A stretch of 64,000 nucleotides of DNA, taken from the NCBI GenBank assembly GCA_049523135.1, contig JBEKNE010000001.1, positions 210,095 through 274,094 on the forward strand, written 5' to 3'. Position 1 is the first letter of the stretch. Each line of letters begins with the position of its first letter. Shown one piece after another: positions 48,788-58,820 of the stretch. The position numbers were made by a program, and so were the translations under genes. The notes under the pieces were generated by a model that saw only the letters and a list, made by a program, of their open reading frames with translations, did no database searches and was not told the origin of the DNA. Origin of the DNA: Candidatus Microgenomates bacterium (GTDB lineage Bacteria; Patescibacteriota; Microgenomatia; UBA8517).

Positions 48788-49863
48788 TGAAAAAGATATT
48801 TGGCAAGGCAAACGACTTCAGAAAAAGATTGGGAAAATGGTTCTGGTTGACCATTGTAATAATTGCTTTGGTTATCTGGAGAATATATGTTTCTTTAAAC
48901 ACTTCCGTAAAAGTTCAAACTGTGCAAGTTACCCGCGGTGATATAAGTGAGGCTGTTTCCACATCTGGCAATGTTGAAGCGGATTACTATGCGGCACTTA
49001 CTTTTCCTTCAGGTGGTCAAATATCAGCTGTTGGAGTAAAAGCAGGGCAAAAAGTTGTAAAGGGCCAATTCATTGCTCAAATAGATTCGATACCCCTTAA
49101 TGCAGCCTATGAGGATGCTTTGAATAATTACAGAGATACGCAGGCGGCTGTGGAGTTGGAACATGATAACGATAAGAATTATGGGTCGGCAGAGACTTTC
49201 GCCCAAAAGGCCACAAGAACTGCCGCTGAGGTCGCAAATGATAATGCTTATAACAATCTTTTAGCCGCTGAGGATAATCTTAAAAATGCGGTAATTTATG
49301 CTCCCTTTTCCGGAATAATCGATACGGTTAGTCCCGGCTCCCCGGGAATAAATGTTTTGCCTGGGGCCGCGAACTATACGATAGTTGATCCATCATCCGT
49401 TTATTTTGATGCCGAGGTTGAAGAAACGGATTTAACGAATGTATCTGTTGGAGAAAGCGTAGATATAAAACTGGATGCGTATCCTGATAAAGATTTTCAG
49501 GGAAAAGTAACCGTTATTGGAAACGTTGCATTTACTTCCTCAACAGGCGGAAATGCTTATCATGTGAGGATTTCACTTCCCGACAATTCGGCTCAAAAGT
49601 TTAAAGTTGGGATGCAGGGGGATGTGGAAATTGTTTACGGGACAGTTTCCAACACAACTAAGGTATCAACTTCGGCAATATTGTCTGATGGAGGCAATAA
49701 CTATCTTTGGGTGATAGACGGCGGGCGGATCAAAGAGGTTGAGGTGGGTCTTGGTGCGGCTTCCGATACGGAAACGGAAATTAAATCCGGAGTTTCCGAG
49801 GGTATGACTGTGGTGGACAATCCAGCCTCAAATCTTAAGGACGGTGAGAATGTTCAATATTAA
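48788..49863 (+). CDS. Efflux periplasmic adaptor (MacA/HlyD-like)
   Basis: N-terminal TM, VKAGQKVVKGQ and IYAPFSG lipoyl-like halves. Confidence 0.88.
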
Positions 49864-49884
49864 AGTTGTTAATCCTGAATTTTT

Positions 49885-50574
49885 ATGCAGCCTCTAATTT
49901 CTCTTTCAAATGTTAAAAAGATATACAAGTTGGGGGATGATATTGAAGTTGATGCTCTTCGCGGAATAAATCTTGAGGTTTATCCCAAGGAATTTGTCGC
50001 AATAATCGGTCATTCAGGCAGCGGCAAATCCACACTAATGCATATAATCGGAATTTTGGATAAGCCCACGAGCGGAACGGTTATTCTGGAGGGACATGAT
50101 GTTTCCAAACTTAAAGAAGAAAAACTTGCGGAGCTTAGAAATAAACACATAGGTTTTGTTTTTCAGGCTTTTAATTTGCTTCCCAAAACTTCGGCCGTGG
50201 AAAATGTGGAGTTGCCCTTGGTTTATTCAAGCATCTCGGAAAGAGAAAGAAGAGAAAGAGCAATTAAGGCTTTGCAGGTAGTGGGGCTTGGCGAGAGACT
50301 TGACCATGCGCCTAATCAGCTTTCGGGAGGACAACAGCAAAGGGTGGCGATTGCCAGAGCGTTTGTTACAAAACCAAGCATAATTTTGGCCGATGAACCA
50401 ACAGGAAATTTGGATAGTAAAAGTAGCGACGAGATAATAGATCTTTTGGCTGAACTTAATCGGGAAGGAAACACGATTATTTTGGTAACTCACGAAATGG
50501 AGATCGCCAGGAAAGCAAAAAGAATTATAGAAATAAAGGACGGACTTATTATTTCCGATAGAAAAAATAAATGA
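49885..50574 (+). CDS. ABC ATPase (MacB/LolD type)
   Basis: GHSGSGKST, LSGGQQQRVAIARA and ADEPTGNLD motifs. Confidence 0.95.
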   Translation: MQPLISLSNVKKIYKLGDDIEVDALRGINLEVYPKEFVAIIGHSGSGKSTLMHIIGILDKPTSGTVILEGHDVSKLKEEKLAELRNKHIGFVFQAFNLLPKTSAVENVELPLVYSSISERERRERAIKALQVVGLGERLDHAPNQLSGGQQQRVAIARAFVTKPSIILADEPTGNLDSKSSDEIIDLLAELNREGNTIILVTHEMEIARKAKRIIEIKDGLIISDRKNK

Positions 50575-51776
50575 TTGCCATAACCGAAATTTCAAAACTT
50601 GCTTTCAGGAGCTTATTGCGTAATAAAACCAGATCGCTTCTTACAATGGTAGGGATAATTATTGGAGTTTCCGCAGTAATTCTTTTGGTTTCGATCGGAC
50701 AAGGCTTGCAGGATTATTTGCTTAATACTTTTGAATCTTTGGGGAGCAATTTGATTACTGTTTTACCCGGGAAGGTTGGTCAGGGAGGGTTTTCTGCCGC
50801 GAGCAGTCCCAATTTTGCCGGGACCAAGCTTACAATAAAAGATGTTACCGATATTGCCCAACTCGGCGGTTCAGTGGAAACGGCGGGCGGAGGGCTTGAA
50901 TCGGCGGCAACAGTCAGTAATGGAGGAAAAAACAAATTTGTGTCGGTAATTGGGGCTGACGCAACATACCTTAAGATAAGGGATTTTAGTGTGGAAAGCG
51001 GCAGAACTATTACCGATTCGGATTCCCGCGTATCACGCAATGTTGCAATTGTCGGGAAGACCATCGTGACGGATCTTTATGGTGGGGCTGACCCTGTTGG
51101 TAAAAAAATAACCATAGGTTCGCAAAAGTTTGAAATAATAGGCGTCTTAAATGAAATTGGATCGGGAGGGTTTGGTATAGATGTGAACAGCTATATATTT
51201 ATACCTTTAACCACGGCGCAAAATGTCTTCGGCATTAAGGGCGTTGAGGTTATTGCGGCAAAAGCGGTTGATAAAGAAAGCATTCCCCAAGCTATTAGCC
51301 AAATAAATGCTTTACTGTCGAAACGTCTTAAGTCGGATGATTTTTCTGTGGTTGACAACACTTCTTTAGTGCAGACAGTTGACCAAATCTTAGGGGTTTT
51401 GACATTGGCCTTGGGAGGAATTGCCGCAATTTCCCTTTTGGTAGGGGGAGTCGGAATAATGAATATTATGCTTGTTTCCGTTACCGAGAGGACAAAGGAA
51501 ATTGGTCTTAGAAAAGCCGTAGGGGCAAAGCCGGGGGATATCCTTTACCAGTTTCTTATAGAGTCTGTGGTTTTGTCGCTCGGGGGCGGGGTAATCGGGG
51601 TTGCAATCGGGGCGCTTGGGGCATGGGCAATGAGCTTTTTCATCCAAACATCCGTTTCTTTTTGGAGTGTGGCATTGGCATTTGGTGTTTCGGCTCTGAT
51701 AGGAATAGTTTTCGGTGTTGCGCCTGCCGCAAGAGCTTCTAAGTTAAATCCAATCGATGCCCTTAAATATGAATGA
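50571..51776 (+). CDS. MacB/FtsX-type permease
   Basis: RSLLTM.GIIIG and GIMNIMLVSVTERTKEIGLRKA motifs. Confidence 0.95.
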   Translation: MIAITEISKLAFRSLLRNKTRSLLTMVGIIIGVSAVILLVSIGQGLQDYLLNTFESLGSNLITVLPGKVGQGGFSAASSPNFAGTKLTIKDVTDIAQLGGSVETAGGGLESAATVSNGGKNKFVSVIGADATYLKIRDFSVESGRTITDSDSRVSRNVAIVGKTIVTDLYGGADPVGKKITIGSQKFEIIGVLNEIGSGGFGIDVNSYIFIPLTTAQNVFGIKGVEVIAAKAVDKESIPQAISQINALLSKRLKSDDFSVVDNTSLVQTVDQILGVLTLALGGIAAISLLVGGVGIMNIMLVSVTERTKEIGLRKAVGAKPGDILYQFLIESVVLSLGGGVIGVAIGALGAWAMSFFIQTSVSFWSVALAFGVSALIGIVFGVAPAARASKLNPIDALKYE

Positions 51777-51778
51777 GG

Positions 51779-52228
51779 TTAAATGAGGGATTTCAAATCC
51801 GAAATGATTTGTAAAGAATGTGTTAATGGGTTTACCTTTTTATAAAATTTTTTAATTTCTCCTTTCGGATCAATCAAATAAGTATTCCTGATAGTTCCTT
51901 CAAATTCTCTGCCCATAAATTTTTTAGTTCCCCAAGATTTATAGTCTTTAATTACTTTTGTTGATTCATCGGAAAGTATAGGGAAATTTAGGTCATATTT
52001 CTCGGCAAACTTTTTGTGCGAAGCAACGGAATCTTTTGATATGCCAAGTATTTGTGTCCCCATTTTTTGCAGTTCGTGATATGAATCCCTGAAACTGCAA
52101 GCTTCTTTTGTACAGCCTGGAGTATCGTCTTTCGGATAAAAATATAAAACTATCCAACTTCCTTTATAATCCGACAGTTTGTGAAGCTTCCCCTCTTGGT
52201 CCGGAAGAGTAAAGTCTTTTGCTTTCAT
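51779..52228 (-). CDS. bcp: Peroxiredoxin BCP
   Basis: YFYPKDDTPGCTKEAC motif; start MKAKDF. Confidence 0.94.
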   Translation of the reverse strand: MKAKDFTLPDQEGKLHKLSDYKGSWIVLYFYPKDDTPGCTKEACSFRDSYHELQKMGTQILGISKDSVASHKKFAEKYDLNFPILSDESTKVIKDYKSWGTKKFMGREFEGTIRNTYLIDPKGEIKKFYKKVNPLTHSLQIISDLKSLI

Positions 52229-52346
52229 TATCAGTATTTTTATACTTATTTTTTGTTTTATCAAGTAAGTCTTTATCAAGGAAGAAAGTTTTCAGTTTTA
52301 ATTCAGCATTTTGATGTATATTACGATTACAAAGAAGGTGATAAGG

Positions 52347-52622
52347 ATGATGAATTATTACGGATTTAGAATGGTGGGACCGGCTCATTCTTTTATTAGT
52401 TTTGGCTGGATTTTCGGAGTTATTTTTTGGATTTTATTTATACTTTTGATAGTCGGGCTTATAAGATGGTATGTTTCCGACAAACCAAATAAGACCTCCG
52501 AAGATTCAAGTGAAGACGAAGTCAAAAAAGAAGACTCGGCTTTGGAAATTCTTAAGAAACGATATGCCAGAGGAGAAATAACATTTAGTGAATTTGAGAA
52601 GATGAAGAAAGACATAAAATAG
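52347..52622 (+). CDS. SHOCT-domain membrane protein
   Basis: TM helix then ALEILKKRYARGEI..EFE; SD GAAGGTGA. Confidence 0.88.
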   Translation: MMNYYGFRMVGPAHSFISFGWIFGVIFWILFILLIVGLIRWYVSDKPNKTSEDSSEDEVKKEDSALEILKKRYARGEITFSEFEKMKKDIK

Positions 52623-52673
52623 TTTTTAAGTTTATTCTCAGCATATAAATTTATGCTAAAATGTTTTAGCTGT

Positions 52674-53744
52674 ATGAAAAAACTGATAGCTTTTTTTGTT
52701 GCTGCCGTTGTACTTTTATTTTCGCCTTCCAAGATTTTGGCCAGCGGAACTCCTAGTCAATCAAACTCAAGTTATAAGGGTCCTTCAAATTCACTGCCGG
52801 CAGACGGATCTACAACAGGAACAATAACAATTTATTTGAAGGATTCAAACAACAACCCGGTTGCTTATGATACGTTGAAGTTGTCATCGTCGAATGATAG
52901 TACGGCTATATTCAATAATAATCAAACAACCGGTGCCGACGGAAGTGCAAATTTTACAATATCTTCAACTACCGCCGGTACAACGGAGGTCACAATGACG
53001 GATTCAACTGCAGGAATAACTTTTACAAATTGGTTTGCAGTAACTTTTTATTCGGCAACCGTTAACTGTTCCAATGTTCCGGCGGCACCTGTTCTTAACT
53101 CGGTTGTTTCCAATTCAAGCGGTGCGGTTATATTAAGCTGGACAGATTCAGCCAATCCGGTTTCAAATTACGTTGTTTCCTACGGTATTGCATCGGGAAG
53201 TTATATTTACGGAAACCCAAATGTTGGAGGTCAGGGAACTACAACAACGACAATCAGTGGACTAACTGCAAATAAAAAATATTATTTTGTAGTGGCCGCC
53301 AATAATGCTTGCGGAATCAGCAGTTTTTCAAATGAAGTGTCCGCTGTCGCGAGTCCCGCCACCCCTACACCGGTAGCAACAATTACACCGACTGTCGCTC
53401 CATTGATTTCTACTTTAGCTACATCCGAGCCAACCGAAACACCCGAGGAAGTTACGGAAACCCCAAGTCCTACCCCTGAAGCTTCAACCGGGAGCCCCAA
53501 TACTCTTATGAGAGATATTGCGATCGGAATAATAGCTCTCGGCGTGATCCTACTTTTAGGTATTGTCCTTATAGCCAAGAAGGGAAAGAAAAAAGGTCCC
53601 GGCGGTTTTCAAAAGATTGATACAAATTCGACTCCACAGAATTCACCGCAGAATTGGCCGCAAAATCAGTCCGACAACCCATCGTCTCAACCGCCTACAT
53701 ATAATCCACCGACAAATTTTCCTCCGCAAACCCCGTTGCAGTAA
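52674..53744 (+). CDS. Surface protein: signal peptide, Big_1/invasin Ig domain, FN3, Pro/Thr stalk, TM
   Basis: PADG...D.NNNPV Ig motif; LSW...Y.VSYG...ISGL...Y.F.V.A.N FN3 motif. Confidence 0.8.
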   Translation: MKKLIAFFVAAVVLLFSPSKILASGTPSQSNSSYKGPSNSLPADGSTTGTITIYLKDSNNNPVAYDTLKLSSSNDSTAIFNNNQTTGADGSANFTISSTTAGTTEVTMTDSTAGITFTNWFAVTFYSATVNCSNVPAAPVLNSVVSNSSGAVILSWTDSANPVSNYVVSYGIASGSYIYGNPNVGGQGTTTTTISGLTANKKYYFVVAANNACGISSFSNEVSAVASPATPTPVATITPTVAPLISTLATSEPTETPEEVTETPSPTPEASTGSPNTLMRDIAIGIIALGVILLLGIVLIAKKGKKKGPGGFQKIDTNSTPQNSPQNWPQNQSDNPSSQPPTYNPPTNFPPQTPLQ

Positions 53745-53806
53745 AAGGCACTGTCATCTTCGGCGGAGTGAAGATAACAAATTTAAAAAGGCGTTATAAT
53801 TAGAAA

Positions 53807-54829
53807 ATGGCTGCCCAGATTATTGCCCGTATCACCACATTCATTGCTCTTATTACTGGAATTTTTCATTCTGCAAGCGGAATTATTTTAACGTCCACTC
53901 CGATTATTCAAAATCCTCTTGCGATTCAAACAATGAGAGCAGGAAGTTATCCCGGGAGTAATGTCACGTTTGAACAGACTCTACCTTCGGGAAGCAATTA
54001 CAAACGTTATATTGTTTCTTTTTATTCACAAGGATTAAAAGAATATGCGTATCTTACAATTCCCAATACCGGTAAACCTCAGAACGGGTTTCCTGTTATC
54101 ATTTTTAACCACGGCTATCAAACTCCCGAACTTTATACGCCGGAGGGGAATTATATTGCCTACATGGATGCTCTCGCCAAGGCTGGTTATGTAATTTTTA
54201 AGCCGGACTATCGTGGAAATGGAAAATCACAAGGTGCCCCGACCAGTTCTTATTTCTCTCCGAATTATACGGTTGACGACCTAAATGCAATTTCTTCAGT
54301 TAAGAATTTAGAGGATCCAAAAACCGGTCTGAAGGTAATAGATAATAGTAAAATCGGAATGTGGGGTCACTCGATGGGTGGAGCAATTACGCTAAGGGCT
54401 TCGGAAATTTCTCCCGATATAAAAGCGGTTGTAATTTGGGGAGGGGTGGTTGGTAGCTACAACGATATTATTTATAACTGGCAGGATGCTGTTTCCTACA
54501 AGCCGGCAAAAGAGGATCTGACTTTGCGGAATTTGGGCTTAGCTGCCCTTCTGACTCAGTATGGAAACCCTACCCAAAATCCGGATTTTTGGGATTCCGT
54601 CGATCCAAGTGCAAATGTTGCTTATATTACAGCACCTGTCCAAATTCATGTTGGGGGAAGCGACGAGCAGGTGCCTTCTTCCTTCTCAAAATATTTATAT
54701 AATCAGCTTATCGCCGCTGGCAAAACGGCCGAGTTTTACAGCTATCCCGGGGCAAACCATGATATTGCGCAGGGATTTTCCCCGGCGATGAAAAGAACAA
54801 TTGACTTTTTCGACCGTTATCTTAAGTAA
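53807..54829 (+). CDS. Alpha/beta hydrolase (peptidase S9-like)
   Basis: NHGY, PDYRG, GHSMGG, D.QV and NH catalytic triad. Confidence 0.9.
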   Translation: MAAQIIARITTFIALITGIFHSASGIILTSTPIIQNPLAIQTMRAGSYPGSNVTFEQTLPSGSNYKRYIVSFYSQGLKEYAYLTIPNTGKPQNGFPVIIFNHGYQTPELYTPEGNYIAYMDALAKAGYVIFKPDYRGNGKSQGAPTSSYFSPNYTVDDLNAISSVKNLEDPKTGLKVIDNSKIGMWGHSMGGAITLRASEISPDIKAVVIWGGVVGSYNDIIYNWQDAVSYKPAKEDLTLRNLGLAALLTQYGNPTQNPDFWDSVDPSANVAYITAPVQIHVGGSDEQVPSSFSKYLYNQLIAAGKTAEFYSYPGANHDIAQGFSPAMKRTIDFFDRYLK

Positions 54830-54848
54830 AATCAGCTATAATTCACCC

Positions 54849-55895
54849 ATGAAGAAGGAATATGTAAAGTCAATTGACTCTCTCAGGGTTATCGCCATAC
54901 TGGCGGTTATCATGATCCATGTAACGACCCGTACACTGGAAGCGGCAAAATTTAATCTTGCGGCTTTTCCTTTTACGATTTTCTTAAATCAAATTTCCCG
55001 ATTTGCCGTTCCTCTTTTTATTTTGATTTCCGGTTTTGTTCTGGAAGCAAGTGCCCGGGATGAAAGTTATTGGTCTTTTATTAAAAGGCGTTTTTCAAAA
55101 GTATTTATTCCCTATGTTCTTTGGAGTGCTATCTATTATCTTTTTATCTACAACCAAAATCATGATAATTTTTTAAGAGTGATTTTAGTCGGAAATGCTT
55201 CTTATCAACTTTATTTTATTCCGACTCTCTGTATTTTTTATCTCTTGTTTCCTTTTCTTCATAAAATTTATAATGTTATTTCAAATAAAATTATTTTGTT
55301 TTTGCTTTTTTCTTCAGAAATATTTCTTTTGTATCACGATTATTTCATAAAGCAATTTAGTTTTAGCGACCCGATCCATATTGCAATTCTTAGCTACTTT
55401 TTCTTCATTGCCGGAATTGTCGTCTCAAGAAATAGGGAAGCAATGAATTCATTTATCCATAAATGGAAATATTTATTAGTTTCGGGAATGGTTCTTTCCG
55501 GAGTTTATGTTTTTTTGGAGGGATTTGACAGATATTTATCGGATAAAAATTATCTTGATTATTATTCTCAATGGCGCCCCAGTGTTTTGATTTATACAGT
55601 TCTTCTTGCTTTAGTGCTTTTCCATATTTTTGAAAAAGTAAAGTTCCAGTTTTCACTTTCCGAAAAACTTTCTAAGCTTTCCTTTAATGTTTTTCTTATT
55701 CATGTAATTTTTCTCGAAGGATTTTGGACCGTTGCCGGAAAAACCATTTTTAATTTCCTTAGCGGGTTTACAATCGGAAAACCCCTTTTTGATATTTTGT
55801 TTTTTGTGATAGTCACTGGATTATCGTTTGCTTTTGCTTATATTATTCAGAAGATTTCAAAATTGAATAAAATCTTAGGTGTGCTCGGTTCTTGA
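54849..55895 (+). CDS. Acyltransferase family 3
   Basis: IDSLRVIAILAVIMIH and AVPLFILISG motifs; multi-TM. Confidence 0.9.
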   Translation: MKKEYVKSIDSLRVIAILAVIMIHVTTRTLEAAKFNLAAFPFTIFLNQISRFAVPLFILISGFVLEASARDESYWSFIKRRFSKVFIPYVLWSAIYYLFIYNQNHDNFLRVILVGNASYQLYFIPTLCIFYLLFPFLHKIYNVISNKIILFLLFSSEIFLLYHDYFIKQFSFSDPIHIAILSYFFFIAGIVVSRNREAMNSFIHKWKYLLVSGMVLSGVYVFLEGFDRYLSDKNYLDYYSQWRPSVLIYTVLLALVLFHIFEKVKFQFSLSEKLSKLSFNVFLIHVIFLEGFWTVAGKTIFNFLSGFTIGKPLFDILFFVIVTGLSFAFAYIIQKISKLNKILGVLGS

Positions 55896-56066
55896 AGAAA
55901 GGGCTTTAGTCAGGGCTTCACGTATATTTTTGCCGCCAAACCAGCCTTTGAGATAGACAACTGCGTGTTTATTTTTGTTCCAGTCCTGAAGATAATATTT
56001 GTCAATGCGGCCGCCCTTTTTTGTAAAATCGCGGACAAGATCGTTAAATGAAAAAGATGTGTTAAT
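55875..56066 (-). CDS. 63-codon ORF with only an ATT start (non-canonical start or decaying gene)
   Basis: INTSFSFNDLVRDFTKKGGRIDKYYLQDWNKNKHAVVYLKGWFGGKNIREALTKALSSRTEHT*; TATAAT 5 nt upstream. Confidence 0.45.
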   Translation of the reverse strand: MNTSFSFNDLVRDFTKKGGRIDKYYLQDWNKNKHAVVYLKGWFGGKNIREALTKALSSRTEHT

Positions 56067-56143
56067 ACACTATTATACTACGATTTGTTCGTTTTAGATA
56101 GTTTAAATTGAATCAAACTTTTATTGTAAACAAGTTATTTTAT

Positions 56144-56845
56144 TCAGTAATCTTCCAGATATTTTCCTTCTTTATCGACAATTATTGGTTTGCTGTCACG
56201 AATGATGATTAATCCTTTGCAATCGGAATTGTGTTCGATTTCATTATCAAAAAATTTTTTAACTCTTTCGCGATTTATAGATACAGTTCCCGGTTTACAA
56301 AAATCCACAATTTGATTTGGGGTGAAATAGTGTCCGTCGAGCAGTTGAGTGGCGTTTTCTATAACACCCGCATTTCTGTTTGATACAAGCCGTTGCTTAC
56401 CGAGAGAAATTTTTCCTTGAAAATTAAGGAAATTATTTTCCCATGAATCCGCCGTTAAAAGTATTTTGTCTGGATGAATAACAAATGCTCCAAGAAGACC
56501 GTGTTTAGTTGTTTCAAGTGTTTCTAAGAATATTAATTCTTTATGTTGTTCCGGAAATGATATTTTGGGATTAAAGAGGAGTCCGTTATAAATTTTTGGA
56601 AAGTAAATTATCCTTTTATATTCGCCAATTCTCGTTTCTTCCGAAAGTAGATTATACGGAAGTGCGTGAATTGTGGGATATTTTGTTAAAGTTTTTCTGC
56701 CCGATTCCAATAAAGATTTCAGTTGTGTAGTACTTAGGTTTTGAATGTCGGATATTTCCTGAGCCTTTTTAATCTCTTCTAAAGGCAGAATTTTTATATT
56801 TTCGAAGTCTATTTCTATTGTTCGGGGTGTATTTTCTATGCTCAT
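56144..56845 (-). CDS. Degenerate peptide-deformylase-like protein
   Basis: Colinear RII, LFNPKI, E.L, V.HP..I...AD and A.VI......LDG..F elements with catalytic residues lost. Confidence 0.55.
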   Translation of the reverse strand: MSIENTPRTIEIDFENIKILPLEEIKKAQEISDIQNLSTTQLKSLLESGRKTLTKYPTIHALPYNLLSEETRIGEYKRIIYFPKIYNGLLFNPKISFPEQHKELIFLETLETTKHGLLGAFVIHPDKILLTADSWENNFLNFQGKISLGKQRLVSNRNAGVIENATQLLDGHYFTPNQIVDFCKPGTVSINRERVKKFFDNEIEHNSDCKGLIIIRDSKPIIVDKEGKYLEDY

Positions 56846-56952
56846 TTTCCGGATTTTCTCAATAGATAATAGTCTTTAAAAGCATATTTACAACCCTCAA
56901 ATTTTAACCCGCATTGAAGCGTTCGGCCAGGTATGCTAGCCTGAAGTACCGA

Positions 56953-58119
56953 ATGAAAATAAAAATATTAGTTTACATATTGATTTTAGGATTGGGACTT
57001 TTGGTTGGCGGTTTAATCACACGCAATTATGTCTTGCCGAAGCTTTCTGGGGAAAAAGTAACTCCAATTAATATAATATTTCCCAAAAAAGAAGTGATTG
57101 GATTCCTCCCTTATTGGCTTTTTAGCAAAGCTGACCAGGATTATTCGAAATATATTACGACCTTGACTTATTTCAGTTTGACTGTGGATAAAGACGGCAC
57201 GATTCAAAAGTATACGAAACCCGGGGAAAGCGAACCCGGATATCTGGGACTTCAAAACGGCAAAGCGGACCCTTTCTTAAGTTCCGCCAAAGATAAAGGT
57301 TTAGACTTGTCGTTGGCCGTTTTTAACGGGAATGATGGCGATATTAATGAAATACTGAAAGATCCTGCAACCTCAGCAAATAATTTAACGGGTGAGGTTA
57401 TTCCGATAATGCGGCAGTATGGATTTACCGATTTAAATCTTGATATAGAGCAGACCCAGGATGCGTCTCCCGCGGCAAGAATAAATTTTGTGCAGTTTGT
57501 TCAGGATGTAAAAAATAATTTGGATAACGCCAAAGCGGGGATGCTAAGTATTGATGTGAGTGCAATTTCTTTTGTTAAGGATTCAAATCTTGCCGACCCT
57601 GCTGCTCTTGCCCCAATTGTCGATAAAGTAATTCTTATGGCTTACGATTATCACAGTACGGCTTCTTTTGTAACCGGACCCGTTGCCCCCGCATATGGAG
57701 CCGGAAGCGTTTCGGAACTTGATACAGATTCCGCCATTGCGGCTGCCCTAAAAATAATGCCGACGGAAAAACTTATTTTGGGAATTCCGCTTTACGGTTA
57801 TGAATGGGAAACAATCGGAAATACGGCGCGCTCTGCTGTTATTCCCGGAGCGAGTCTAATAATAAGTAATCAGCGTGCGGAGGATTTTCTTGCCGGTTGT
57901 GCAACCTGTAGCGCTACTTTTGATACAACCGACGAAGAATCGCATATTATTTATGAAACCGGTACGGGAACTTATCAGCAAATATTTTATCCCAATGAAA
58001 ATTCAACTCAGATAAAAGTAAATATGGCAAAAGAATACTCTCTCGGGGGGATTGCTGTCTGGGCGCTTGGCTATGAAGGTAAAACTATTTTAGAACCCCT
58101 TTCCTTGTACCATAATTGA
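56953..58119 (+). CDS. GH18 family glycoside hydrolase
   Basis: GFLPYW, DLNLDIE, MAYDY, LGIPLYG and GGIAVWALG motifs. Confidence 0.9.
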   Translation: MKIKILVYILILGLGLLVGGLITRNYVLPKLSGEKVTPINIIFPKKEVIGFLPYWLFSKADQDYSKYITTLTYFSLTVDKDGTIQKYTKPGESEPGYLGLQNGKADPFLSSAKDKGLDLSLAVFNGNDGDINEILKDPATSANNLTGEVIPIMRQYGFTDLNLDIEQTQDASPAARINFVQFVQDVKNNLDNAKAGMLSIDVSAISFVKDSNLADPAALAPIVDKVILMAYDYHSTASFVTGPVAPAYGAGSVSELDTDSAIAAALKIMPTEKLILGIPLYGYEWETIGNTARSAVIPGASLIISNQRAEDFLAGCATCSATFDTTDEESHIIYETGTGTYQQIFYPNENSTQIKVNMAKEYSLGGIAVWALGYEGKTILEPLSLYHN

Positions 58120-58747
58120 AAGTATAAGTTTGACCGGCTGAGACTTTAACTTCATGGCTTATATAATTCAGATCGTTGAAGGCCAGGGTAGCGCTGCCGG
58201 ATTTGATGGACACCGTTACAATCGGTTTAATGGGATTTCTGGAGACGGTTGCGTCTCCGTTTAACTCCGTAAGAAGCGAGGATACCCTGATGCTAATGGG
58301 GTAGCTTCCGTTTACTATAAATTCTCCCGTGCCGCTAACTTGAGAAAAAACAACATTAGCAGGCAGAGTTTGTATGATGTCTATTTCAGTATTTTTCGAA
58401 TAGTTTATTGTGCATGAGTTTGGAAAAGTAAGAGTAAGACTTCCGCTGGCCCCGGTAGTCAAATTTTCACCCTGTTGAACTGCCTGAGGAGAATTGATTT
58501 GGGAAGATACGGTTGCGGTTCTTCCTTGCCAGTCGACTTCGCCGGACATTGTTGTAATTTCTCCCTTAAGGGACTGGCTTGGTGCATTTTCTATAGAGAA
58601 GGTTGGCGTATTTTTTGTTACGGATATGGCAGTGGGAGTGGGAACTTCCACAATATCCCGGTTTCTACTCTTGTAGAAAAGAAAACCTCCTACGGCAATC
58701 AATAAAACCGGAATGACGGTTAATATTAAGTATTTGGAAGCTTTCAT
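58085..58747 (-). CDS. Membrane-anchored beta-rich (FecR-like) hypothetical protein
   Basis: N-terminal TM; SGEV...GE.LTTG..G...L.F pattern. Confidence 0.55.
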   Translation of the reverse strand: MKASKYLILTVIPVLLIAVGGFLFYKSRNRDIVEVPTPTAISVTKNTPTFSIENAPSQSLKGEITTMSGEVDWQGRTATVSSQINSPQAVQQGENLTTGASGSLTLTFPNSCTINYSKNTEIDIIQTLPANVVFSQVSGTGEFIVNGSYPISIRVSSLLTELNGDATVSRNPIKPIVTVSIKSGSATLAFNDLNYISHEVKVSAGQTYTFNYGTRKGVLK

Positions 58748-58820
58748 TTTATATAGTAATTATACTATCATCGCTAAATTTTCATCGTATTTTCAGACTT
58801 CAAAAATAAAATGATTTGAA

